A stretch of DNA of 64,000 nt, from contig NC_091284.1 in NCBI RefSeq assembly GCF_032444005.1, positions 141,484,001 to 141,548,000 on the forward strand, in the 5' to 3' direction. The DNA comes from Ranitomeya imitator (taxonomy: Eukaryota). Under the pieces are notes generated by a model. It worked only from the letters and a program-made list of their open reading frames with translations, had not been told where the DNA came from and did no database searches. Positions 49,514-60,774 of the stretch are shown one piece after another. Both the position numbers and the translations under genes were made by a program. The first letter of the stretch is position 1. Every line of letters starts with the position of its first letter.

Positions 49514-50737
49514 ATGCCTATCCTACTGTATTCCATGAGTATGGTACCTATTCGTCTTCCCCTCACATTCTTTAAAAACATAAGGTCCTCAATAATTAAA
49601 TTTGTATGGAAAAATAAGCCATCTAGGCTACCTTTCAAATTGTTAACATGTCCCGCTTCTTGTGGAGGTTTGGGACTACCTGACCCCTATATATTTTACA
49701 AAGCTATACACCTTAGTAGATGGCTGAGAATAGTAATTGGCCTGGAGAGGGGCACGTCGGACATGCTTGACGCGGCCTTGCTGGACAATGGGGGGATACC
49801 ACTTTTGTGGTCGCACTCGAAACCAACGACTTCATTGGGTTTGGACAACATAACTTTAGCTACCCTCCACGTTAGACGGACAGTTTTGAAAGAACTTCCA
49901 TCAGACTCATTCCCTTCATCCCTAACACCCATCGCAGTTATTCCCTATCTGGTTAATCCTGATTTTAAGGATTCATACAATTTGTGGTCAAAGCTCCCTA
50001 TGGATTCCCTCACTAGCCTCTATGAAGGTAAAATTCTTAACAACAACATCTGGCCTAGCAATGCCAAGAAGTCTCCAAAAAATTTTCTGCAGGAACTCCA
50101 CACTAAACGTATTCTTACAGAATTTAGAGAAAGGTTCCCTCAAAAGTCGAATTGGTCGTGGCTGGACCTCATGCTCAAAACGGGCTCAGCTAGATATAAA
50201 ATTATATCTCGCTCGTATTACCAACTTGTTGCCCCCTCTCAACCCTTTAAACCATCCTTTATTTATTCCTGGGAATCTGAACTTAATTTCAGCTTCTCAG
50301 AGGACCAGATCTCCAAAATGTTGAAGTCTGCCAGGGGGTTCTCTCGTTGCATCTTGTTGCAGGAAAGTGCATATAAGATACTAACCAGATGGCATTTGAC
50401 GCCGGTCAAACTCCAACACTTAGGTTTAGCGGATTCTGACTTGTGCTGGCGATGCCGGGTTGCCCAGGGAAACCATACACATATATTTTGGGAATGCGTG
50501 GGGATTAGGGATTTCTGGGAGGAAGTAAATCTAACGCTTAAGAAGCTAAAGCTAATTAAAACTGACCTACTGGCGGTTGAAGCTGTCCTCTCATGCCCCA
50601 CAAACAATTTTAAACCCAATAGGCACGGCCTTTTACCCTTAATGCTCAGTGCTGCAAAACATTTAATAACCATCCATTGGAAAAGTGCATCCCCACCAAC
50701 ACAAAGTGAGTGGTTCAACAAAATTGACCACATTTAA
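49514..50737 (+). pseudogene. L1 ORF2 C-terminal region (post-RT domain and CCHC zinc knuckle)
   Basis: GGLGLPD; YKILTRWHLTP; CWRC...HIFWEC; premature stop at 50735-50737. Confidence 0.88.
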
Positions 50738-51769
50738 AGAATGGAGGAATTATCGAGCTGGGAGACGCATGCCCATGATCGTTTTGTTTTGAACTGGCTT
50801 CCATGGAGAACATTTCGTTCAGTCGCTCCTTAATATTGCTATATATGCCATCTTAATACCGAGAATATATGCTACCGTATTGTTTGTTTTCAAGTACTAC
50901 AACCACATGTACTAGAACTGTTATGTTTATTGCCCCCCCCCCGTCCCCCTTTTTCCTACTGGTACTCCTTAAGCCCCCCCCCCCCCTTCCCCCCCCCCTC
51001 CTCCTAACCCTTCCTCCTTTTCCCCCTCCTTTTCCCTTCCCTCTCTTTCCAATCCCCAAAGTTGGTAGGCTGGATTCGCTTGCTGCTATTGTTATGATTT
51101 ATTCGCTTATCTTAACTGTACTTGCATGTAACGTTTCCGACCTTTATTCTAAATAAAGAATTTACAAAAAAAAAAAAAAATTTGCTTTTTGGCACCATCC
51201 GATGTGGCTATGAAGAAAAAGCCATGCCATCAGATCTGTTGGGACCATTATTTGTGTTGTAAGAGGGCAATGGCCCAAAACACACCTCCAATCTATATAG
51301 GGGCTATTTGACCAAGAAGGAGAGGGAATGAGTGCTGTATCAGATGACATGGCCTCCAAAATCACTTGACCTCCTCAACCCAATTGAGATGGCTTGTGAT
51401 TAAGTGGAATGCAGAGTGAAGGCCAAGCGGCCAACAAGTGCTCTGCACCTCTGGGAATTGACTCTTGGGAAGTTATTCCATGTGACTCTCTATGAAGCTG
51501 CTTAAGAGCATGCTTATGATGTGTAAGCCATTCATCAGAGTAAAAGTGAGGTACTTTTAAGGAGTCTAAGGTCTAAAACACATTCTTATTTGTTTCATAC
51601 TTGTTTCTTTACTCCTTGTTTCCATTTGTATTATTTCATGGTTTTGCTGCCTTCAATCTGAATCTACAATGTGAACAATCCAGTAAGAACAAGGAAAACC
51701 ATTGAATGAACAGGTGTATCCAAACTGTTGACCAAGTAGTATGGGTGCTGGTCAAGCTTTTTTGAAGAA

Positions 51770-53110
51770 CTAAGATATGGGTAACTTTAAGGATTGTAGA
51801 TTCAGCGGTTGGCCAAGGAAACTTACTGCAGCAGATGAAGACATACTAAATCTGAAGATGTTCATAATAATAATAATCTTTAATAATAATAATCTTTATT
51901 TATATAGCGCCAACATATTCCGCAGCGCTTTACAGTTTAACAGTTTCAAACACAAAAGTCATAAGTAACAACGTTAACAATACAATAATTAAAGCAAAAT
52001 AAGACGACCCTGCTCGTGAGAGCTTACAATCTGCAATGAGGTGGGGGAGATGCAAAGTACAGGTGTGTATTTACAATGATGTATTTACAATCATGGTCCA
52101 GCCATCTTCAGGGGTTGGGGAATAGATGGGGATAGTGAATGGGCTACACACACACACAAACATAACATAACTTTGATTAGTGAACGTGATAGGCCGCTCT
52201 GAACAAATGTGTTTTGAGCGAGCGCCTAAAACTATGCAAATTATGGATGGTCCTAATATCTTGGGGTAGAGCATTCCAGAGGATTGGCGCAGCACGGGAG
52301 AAGTCTTGGAGTCGGGAGTGGGAGGTACGGATTAGTGCAGAGGTTAATCGAAAGTCATTTGCAGAGCGCAGTGGTCTGTTAGGCTGATAGACAGAAATGA
52401 GGGAGGATGTTCATCAATACCATCAACTCAGAACTTAACAAAACAGAAAAAAAACAAGTTAAAAAATTGGCTGTGCTGGTGGAGAAGAGTCTCTATTGTT
52501 TTGTTTACAATTGATAAAGATGCCAGTATGGCATTGAAACGCGTAGCTGAGAATGGACATAGTGCAGCAAGAGACTTCTCTCAAGCAGTACAGACAATTA
52601 TTAGACATGTTTTTTTCCGTTTCCGTCATTTCCCTCTGGTGGATCTCTCCCCCAGCCGTTGGACACAACCACCCAAGATGAGCTAACCTATTGTTTATAC
52701 TATCACCTACAGTATATTGGGTTTTACCCTATTGTGCACTTCTTCCTTCACAGTCTGTTTAATCAACTCAGAACTGGCAGCTACCAGTGGGACCCAGCTA
52801 CACCCATCTACTGTTACAAGAAGCCTCTCCAGAATTGGTTTTCATGGAAGTATTTAGGCCAAAACAGGAACTAGGATTCTGAAAAATGTCAGCAGGTGCT
52901 CTGGAGTGATGATTCAAAATGTGAAATATTTGGGTACAACAGAAGTCAGGAGAGCAGTGCAATAATGAGTGTCTGCAGGCAACAATGAAGCATGGTGGAG
53001 GCTGCTTGGCAGCTTGGAGCTGCATTTTAGCAAATGGAGTTGGATATTTGGTCTGTTATAAATGGTGTCCTCAATGCTTAGAAATGCAGGCAGATATTTG
53101 ATTGGCATAT
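51770..53110 (+). mobile_element. Second old Tc1 remnant, interrupted by L2 and other fragments
   Basis: GNFKD...SG.PRKLTAADE; QQVLWSDDSKCEIFG; TMKHGGG...WSCI.ANGVG. Confidence 0.65.
51866..52405 (-). mobile_element. L2-like LINE 3' fragment
   Basis: Minus-strand end ...GGCGCTATATAAATAAAGATTATTATT tail; 9-bp TSD GATGTTCAT (51857-51865 / 52406-52414). Confidence 0.7.
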
Positions 53111-53257
53111 AACCTTAAAAGTTTTTTCGCGGCCAAAACGGAAATTAACCCCTTGGGCCTATAATTTCAACCGACAGGTGCTATAAAAAGCAACCAGATG
53201 GATCCTAATGTTAGCAAAATCAGGCAGTAAGTAAAATAACTCTGTCCTGTAATTTAA

Positions 53258-56200
53258 CCCCTTCATGACCCAGCCTATTTTGACCTTAAAGACCTTGCCG
53301 TTTTTTGCAATTCTGACCAGTGTCCCTTTATGAGGTAATAACTCAGGAACGCTTCAATGGATCCTAGCGGTTCTGAGATTGTTTTTTCGTGACATATTGG
53401 GCTTCATGTTAGTGGTAAATTTAGGTCAATAAATTCTGTGTTTATTTGTGATAAAAACGGAAATTTGGCGAAAATTTTGAAAATTTCGCAATTTTCACAA
53501 TTTGAATTTTTATTCTGTTAAACCAGAGAGTTATGTGACACAAAATAGTTAATAAATAACATTTCCCACATGTCTACTTTACATCAGCACAATTTTGGAA
53601 ACAAAATTTTTTTTGCTAGGAAGTTATAAGGGTTAAAATTTGACCAGCGATTTCTCATTTTTACAACGAAATTTACAAAACCATTTTTTTTTAGGGATCT
53701 CCTCACATTTGAAGTCAGTTTGAGGGGTCTATATGGCTGAAAATACCCAAAAGTGACACCATTCTAAAAACTGCACCCCTCAAGGTGCATAAAACCACAT
53801 TCAAGAAGTTTATTAACCCTTCAGGTGCTTCACAGCAGCAGAAGCAAAATGGAAGGAAAAAATGAACATTTAACTTTATAGTCACAAAAATGATTTTTCA
53901 GCAACAATTTTTTTATTTTCCCAATGGTAAAAGGAGAAACTGAACGACGAAAGTTGTTGTCCAATTTGTCCTGAGTACGCTGATACCTCATATGTGGGGG
54001 TAAACCACTGTTTGGGCGCACGGCAGGGCTTGGAAGGGAAGGAGCGCCATTTTGACTTTTTGAATGAAAAATTGGCTGCACTCTTTAGCGGACACCATGT
54101 CACGTTTGGAGAGCCCCCGTGTGCCTAAAAATTGGAGCTCCCCCACAAGTGACCCCATTTTGGAAACTAGACGCCCCAAGGAACTTATCTACATGCATAG
54201 TGAGCCCTTTAAACCCCCAGGTGCTTCACAAATTGATCCGTAAAAATGAAAAAGTACTTTTTTTTCACAAAAAAATTCTTTTACCCTCAATTTTTTCATT
54301 TTCACATGGACAACAGGATAAAATGGATCCTAAAATTTGTTGGGCAATTTCTCCTGAGTACATTGATACCTCACATGTGGAGGTAAACCACTGTTTGGGC
54401 ACATGGTAAGGCTCGGAAGGGAAGGAGCGCCATTTGACTTTTTGAATGAAAAATTATCTCCATCGTTAGCGGACACCATGTCGCATTTGGAGAGACCCTG
54501 TGTGCCTAAACATTGGAGCTCCCCCATAAGTGACCCCATTTTGGAAACTGGACCCCCCAAGGAACTTATCTAGATGCCTAGTGAGCACTTTAAACCCTCA
54601 GGTGCTTCACAAATTGATCCGTAAATATGAAAAAGTACTTTTTTTTCACAAAAAATTTATTTTCGCCTCAATTTTTTCATTTTCACATGGGCAATAGGAT
54701 AAAATGGATCCTAAAATTTGTTGAGCAATTTCTCCCGAGTACGCCGATACCTCATATGTGGGGGTAAACCACTGTTTGGGCACACGGCAGGGCTCGGAAG
54801 GGAAGGCGCGCCTTTTGACTTTTTGAATGGAAAATTAGCTCCAATTGTTAGCGGACACCATGTCGCGTTTGGAGAGCCCCCTGTGTGCCTATGCATTGGA
54901 GCTCCCCCACAAGTGACCCCATTTTGGAAACTAGACCCCCCCAAGGAACTTATTTAGATGCATACTGAGCACTTTAAACCCCCAGGTGATTCACAGAAGT
55001 TTATAATGCAGAGCCATGAAAATAAAAAATAATTTTTCTTTTCTCAAAAATGATTTTTTAGCCTGGAATTTCCTATTTTGCCAATGGTAATAGGAGAAAT
55101 TGGACCACAAATATTGTTGTCCAGTTTGTCCTGAGTACGCAGATACCCCATATGTGGGGGTAAACCACTGTTTGGGCGCACGGCAGGGCTCAGAAGGAAA
55201 GGCACGCCATTTGGCTTTTTAAATGGAAAATTAGCTCCAATCATTAGCGGACACCATGTCGCGTTTGGAGAGCCCCTGTGTGCCTAAACATTGGAGATCC
55301 CCCACAAATGACCCCATTTTGTAAACTAGACCCCAAAAGGAACTAATCTAGATGTGTGGTGAGCACTTTGAACCCTCAAGTGCTTCACAGAAGTTTAGAA
55401 CGCAGAGCCATGAAAATGATTTTTTAGCCCGCTATTTTTTATTTTCCCAAGGATAACAGGAGAAATTGGACCACAAAAGTTGTTTTCCAGTTTGTCCTGA
55501 GTACGCTGATACCCCATGTGTGGGGGTAAACCACTGTTTGGGCACACGTCGGGGCTCAGAAGGGAAGTAGTGACTTTTGAAATGCAGACTTTGATGGAAT
55601 GGTCTGCGGACGTCACGTTGCGTTTGCAGAGCCCCTGGTGTGCCTAAACAGTAGAAACCCCACACAAGTGACCCCATTTTGGAAACTAGACCCCCAAAGG
55701 AACTTATCTAGATATGTGGTGAGCACTTTCAACCCCCAAGTGCTTTACAGAAGTTTATAACACAGAGCCGTGAAAATAATAAATACGTTTTCTTTCCTCA
55801 AAAATAATTTTTTAGCCCAGAATTTTTTATTTTCCCAAGGGTTAGAGGAGAAATTGGACCACAAAAGTTGTTGTCCAGTTTGTCCTGAGTACGCTGATAC
55901 CCCATGTGTGGGGGTAAACCACTGTTTGGGCACACGTCGGGGCTCCGAAGGGAAGTAGTGACTTTTGAAATGCAGACTTTGATGGAATGGTCTGCGGACG
56001 TCACGTTGCGTTTGCAGAGCCCCTGGTGTGCCTAAACAGTAGAAACCCCCCACAAGTGACCCCATTTTGGAAACTAGACCCCGCAAGGAACTTATCTAGA
56101 TATGTGGTGAGCACTTTGAACTCCCAAGTGTTTCACAGACGTTTACAACGCAGAGCCGTGAAAATAAAAAATAATTTTTCTTTCCTCAATAATTATGTTT

Positions 56201-57700
56201 TAGCAAGCATTTTTTTATTTTCACAAGGGTAACAGGAGAAATTGGACCCCAGTAATTGTTGCGCAGTTTATCCTGAGTATGCTGGTACCCCATATGTGGG
56301 GGTAAACCACTGTTTGGGCACACGTCAGGGCTCGGAATTGAGGGAGCACCATTTGACTTTATGAATACAAGATTGGCTGGAATCAATGGTGGCGCCATGT
56401 TGCGTTTGGAGACCCCTGATGTGCCTAAACAGTGGAAACCCCTCAATTCTAACTCCAACACTAACCCCAACACACCCCTACCCCTAATCCCAACTGTAGC
56501 CATAACCCTAATCACACCCCTAACCACAACCCTAATTCCAACCCTAACCCTAAGGCTATGTGCCCACGTTGCGGATTCGTGTGAGATTTTTCAGCATCAT
56601 TTTTGAAAAATCCGCGGGTAAAGGGCACTGCGTTTTACCTGCGGATTTACCGTGGATTTCCAGTGTTTTTTGTGCGGATTTCACCTGTGGATTCCTTTTG
56701 AGGAACAGGTGTAAAACGCTGCGGAATCCGCACAAAGAATTGACATGCTGCGGAAAATACAACGCAGCATTTCCGCGTGGTATTTTCCGCACCATGGGCA
56801 CAGCGGATTTGGTTTTCCATATGTTTACATGGAACTGCAAACCTGATGGAACACTGCTGCGAATCCGCAGCGGCCAATCCGCTGCAGATCCGCAGCCAAA
56901 TCCGCACCGTGTGCACATAGCCTAATTCTAAAGGTATGTGCACACGCTGCGGAAAACGCTGCAGATCCGCAGCAGTTTCCCATGAGTTTACAGTTCAATG
57001 TAAACCTATGGGAAACAAAAATCGCTGTACACATGCTGCGGAAAAACTGCACGGAAACGCAGCGGTTTACATTCCACAGCATGTCACTTCTTTCTGCGGA
57101 TTCCGCAGCGGTTTTACAACTGCTCCAATAGAAAATCGCAGTTGTAAAACCGCAGTGAAATGCGCAGAAAAACCGCGGTAAATCCGCGATAAATCCACAG
57201 CGGTTTAGCACTGCGGATTTATCAAATCCGCAGCGGAAAAATCCGTAGAGGAACAGAATACGTGTGCACATACCGAAACCCTAGCCCTACCCCTAACCCT
57301 ACCCCTAACCCTAGCCCTACCCCTAACCCTAACCCTATTCTAACCTTAGTGTAAAAAAAAAAACATCAGTGTTTCCAGCCATGGCCGATGATATTGCAGC
57401 ATCGGCCATGGCTGGATTGTAATATTTCACCAGTTTTTTAGGTGAAATATTACAAATCGCTCTGATTGGCAGTTTCACTTTCAACAGCCAATCAGAGCGA
57501 TCGTAGCTACGGGGGGGTGAAGCCACCCCCCCTGGGCTAAACTACCACTCCCCCTGTCCCTGCAGGCCGGGTGAAATGGGAGTTAACCCTTTCACCCGGC
57601 CTGCAGGGACGCGATCTTTCTGTGACACAGCATATGCGTCACAGGTCGGATTGGCACCGACTTTCATGACGCATACGCTGTGTCACAGGTCGGGAAGGGG
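53258..57700 (-). mobile_element. 4.4-kb non-autonomous TTAA element (copy B), inverted relative to copy A
   Basis: TTAA|CCCCTTCATGACCC ... GGTCGGGAAGGGG|TTAA; reverse complement of copy A apart from the missing ~44815-45350 segment; same satellite, MITEs and telomere-like tracts. Confidence 0.92.
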
Positions 57701-58397
57701 TTAATTCAATAGTGGATCCCAGAATAATAAAGAGGGGATTTTTTTAAAGTGAATAAATATAATTTTATTAAATATTATCAATACAAAACTAGAACAGGAA
57801 CATAACCGGAACAATAGGTATTCAGTGGAAAAACAGCTAAAATGTAATCAATATTGGCAGGATAAACTGCATAAGTGATAACGATGAGAGAAAAAAGAAA
57901 AGGAAAAAACGTGTCCCAGCAGACACAGCGGCAGACATACTATCAGGAAAACAATCAGGAGATACGATAGTCAGCTGATCGTGAGTGCTGGGGATAGATA
58001 TCCGACTCCTGGCTATCAGTGATATGTAAGGGGCTATATGTCGCTGTAGAAGTCAATCGCCAGTATACACAATGACAAATGATTATCTAGCACAGCCCGA
58101 TGGTGGAGACTATATAGCACTGGCAATGAGTAGAATTCTAAGCCTTACAATCCTGGGCTGCATGTAACATGCTCGGCCCTCCACTAAGTAGAAGACATCC
58201 AGATATAAATGTTGTTCATAGAAAAACTGGCGTATTTTGACTTTGCACCGTGGCCTAGTATAGCCCAGCAATAGCCTCTGACCTATATAGATAGTTTGTT
58301 TAAGCCCGGGGTCTGGCCCTAACAATAGCACGATATAATATTTTTACCTTGGGACATGGTGATCCTGGTATGCCGCTGGGTCCGTTAGACACGTGCT

Positions 58398-58439
58398 GCC
58401 TCGACACGCGTTTCGCCGCCCACGGCTTCGTCAGGAAGC
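58398..58439 (-). ncRNA. Minimal type I hammerhead ribozyme of the Penelope pLTR
   Basis: GCUUC-CUGACGA-A-GCCG-UGGG-CGGC-GAAA-CGCGUG-UC|GAGGC; palindromic ACGCGU in stem III. Confidence 0.8.
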
Positions 58440-59502
58440 GTAAAGAAAGGCTAAAAGTCCCAAGTATGTATCGGCAGGGATAGGGGTCTGATTGGCAAGT
58501 CTGCGCACTTCCGCGCACGATGCCCCGCGACGGGGTGGCCCGGCGTGCAGCGTCAGAGATGGGAGGGAGGACGAACGTCATCACCTTCCATCTCCAAGGC
58601 AACACCCCGAAGCCTGCCCCGACACTCGGCCGGTGCAGCGCGTGCGCAGAGCGCGTCTGTGCCTAAATGAAAAAAGGTGACTATATGCCAGATGGTCACA
58701 GAGAGGAATCGGTCGCTAGGTAAGTATAAAACCCCCGAAGAGGGAGCCCGGCCCGCGACGCAGGCGGCCGGCGTGAGGACAAACGACACCCACAGCCGGT
58801 CGTCATAGCAACGCGTCCGAGCCCTCCCAGACGCAGGGCCAGCACGCCGCATGCGCAGGGCAGATCTATGTCGGATCCTTACTAATGAGGCAAATAGACA
58901 GATATGCCGTTATAATCTAAAGTCGAACATACATATCTCTAAACATATATGCTAACATGTCTGTATGACAACGGCTGAAGAAGAATATAACCAGAAAATA
59001 CCAATATAAAGATACAAATCCATAAATCTATAAGTATATAATCAAAAGGGTATAAATACAAGACAATCATGTTAAGAAAAGATCATTAGATGTCTCCGTG
59101 TACAATATATATTACACAAGAATAAATAGCCCGTATGTTTAAATGTCGTCTAAGCGTTGTAGGATTTAGATAGATAATTATTTTAGACAAACTTATCGGA
59201 AAAATACATGTTAGAAATCCATCTGAACAAGTCATTATATAACATTAATCATACTGGGGAGGCAATGAGGTTCAGTCCATGGTAGTCATTGCAATTCATT
59301 CATAGTCCATAAGCAAGGTCTCTTTGATTGTCACTCCAAAAGTATCTTTATTCAGTCCGATATTGTGTATAACCGATCCTCATAAGGTGGAGCATAATAA
59401 GAAATAACAAATCACAAATAAATCTAATGGATAAAAATAGAGAAATGAATAACGGGACAAAAAATACAATAAAACAAGACTCAATTTAAAATAGCGCACA
59501 AA

Positions 59503-60711
59503 TTAAAGAAAAGATTTGAAACTAATGGCTTCATTCAGGCCGTAAGGTGTTATGGTATTGAGTATAACCATCCATCGTGTCTCTTTTTGCAGAAGTTTTT
59601 GTTTAAGGTCTCCACCACCGATGCCCATGTATATGTGATCGATACCCCGGGCTATCATATCTTTTGGGTTGCATGCATGGACATCCCGGAAATGTTTTGG
59701 GATGGTTTTTAGGAGATGTGGTTCTAGACAATGTGCTGCGTTTTTGATGTCTCTGACATGTTCCTGTATACGGATTTTGAATGCTCTAGTCGTCATGCCA
59801 ATATATATCAGGCCGCAGGGGCAACTGATGTGATAGATAATGGCCTCTGTGTTACATGTAATGTGATGCACGATTTTATAAGTCTTATCTCCCTTCGAGT
59901 TGGAAAATTCTTTTGTCCTTACTATATTTCGGCATGCGGAACAATTTCCACAAGGAAAACATCCCCAGGGTGGTCCTTTACTGCTGCTTGAAAAGGGATT
60001 AGGCTTTGGTGGTATATAGTGACTCCTACAGAGTGTATCAGCCAGGGTCTGCGACTTTCGCCATGTGATGGAGGGATATGGAGTTAGTTGTTTTAACAGA
60101 TCTCTATCAGTGAGTAGGACAGGCCAGTGTTTTTTCAAGATTTGATTTATTCCAGCCCAATTTGAGTTGAATTTTGTAATAAATCTTGGGCCAGAATCAG
60201 TGGTTGTAGATTTTTTGCGAGGGGGTTTAGACAGGAGATTAGATCTAGTCTGTTGTGAAGCACGAAGGTAACCCTTCGTTATTTCTTTAGCTGGATACCC
60301 TCTGTTCTTAAATCTACGTTCTAAAGCTTTGGCCTGTTTGTGGAATGTAATATCATTTGAGCAGATACGACGAGCTCGTAAGAATTGTCCTATTGGGATG
60401 GAATTCTTGAGTTTCGGTGGGTGTGAAGATGAATAATGTAATAAGGCGTTTCTGGCCGTTGTTTTTCTGTAGATATCCGTGCCAACCGTGCCATTGTTGG
60501 ATTTTGAGATTTGTACATCTAGGAAATCAATCACAGTTTGACTGTATTTCCAAGTTAATTTGATGTTCAGTGAGTTGTTGTTGAGGAGGCCGAGGAATTG
60601 TTCGAGTTGCGACGTGGAGCCCTGCCAGATGAAAAGGACATCGTCGATATACCGCAGCCACGAGACGACCGAGCTGTGGCCAGCTGTGTCAAGGACCGTA
60701 TCCCTCCCACA
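59503..60711 (-). CDS. Penelope-like ORF fragment: RT (YIDD) and thumb, CxxCxxC linker, GIY-YIG endonuclease
   Basis: WLRYIDDVLFIW; IDFLDV; DIYRKTT; IPIGQFLRARRICS; CGNCSAC; IIYHISCPCGLIYIGMTTRAFKIRIQEH; ETRW...TPYGLN. The N-terminal ~40 aa of the called ORF come from foreign flanking DNA. Confidence 0.9.
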   Translation of the reverse strand, partial: CGRDTVLDTAGHSSVVSWLRYIDDVLFIWQGSTSQLEQFLGLLNNNSLNIKLTWKYSQTVIDFLDVQISKSNNGTVGTDIYRKTTARNALLHYSSSHPPKLKNSIPIGQFLRARRICSNDITFHKQAKALERRFKNRGYPAKEITKGYLRASQQTRSNLLSKPPRKKSTTTDSGPRFITKFNSNWAGINQILKKHWPVLLTDRDLLKQLTPYPSITWRKSQTLADTLCRSHYIPPKPNPFSSSSKGPPWGCFPCGNCSACRNIVRTKEFSNSKGDKTYKIVHHITCNTEAIIYHISCPCGLIYIGMTTRAFKIRIQEHVRDIKNAAHCLEPHLLKTIPKHFRDVHACNPKDMIARGIDHIYMGIGGGDLKQKLLQKETRWMVILNTITPYGLNEAISFKSFL

Positions 60712-60774
60712 GGTTTTCATGGAAGTATTTAGGCCAAAACAGGAACTAGGATTCTGAAAAATGTCAGCAGGTGC

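Larger units (their letters stand above)
44320..51173 (+). mobile_element. 5'-truncated L1 LINE (~1.8 kb) interrupted by a 5-kb TTAA element
   Basis: 19-bp TSD AAAAAAATTTGCTTTTTGG (44301-44319 / 51174-51192); AATAAA and poly-A; ORF2 reads IKYLGIW...LSWIGRINVF|K across the TTAA insertion site. Confidence 0.92.
43990..51735 (+). mobile_element. Old Tc1 remnant split by an L1 insertion (parts ~43990-44319 and ~51193-51735)
   Basis: Left part encodes SAAEDK...LTAPQIT...DES-like sequence; right part PKHTS...TWPPKS.DL.NPIEM; TIR-like end at ~51710-51735. Confidence 0.7.
57705..60711 (-). mobile_element. 5'-truncated Penelope-like retroelement with a long 3' pseudo-LTR region (3' boundary unresolved; may extend left of copy B to ~53110)
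   Basis: RT C-terminus + GIY-YIG ORF, followed by non-coding sequence containing a hammerhead. Confidence 0.85.
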
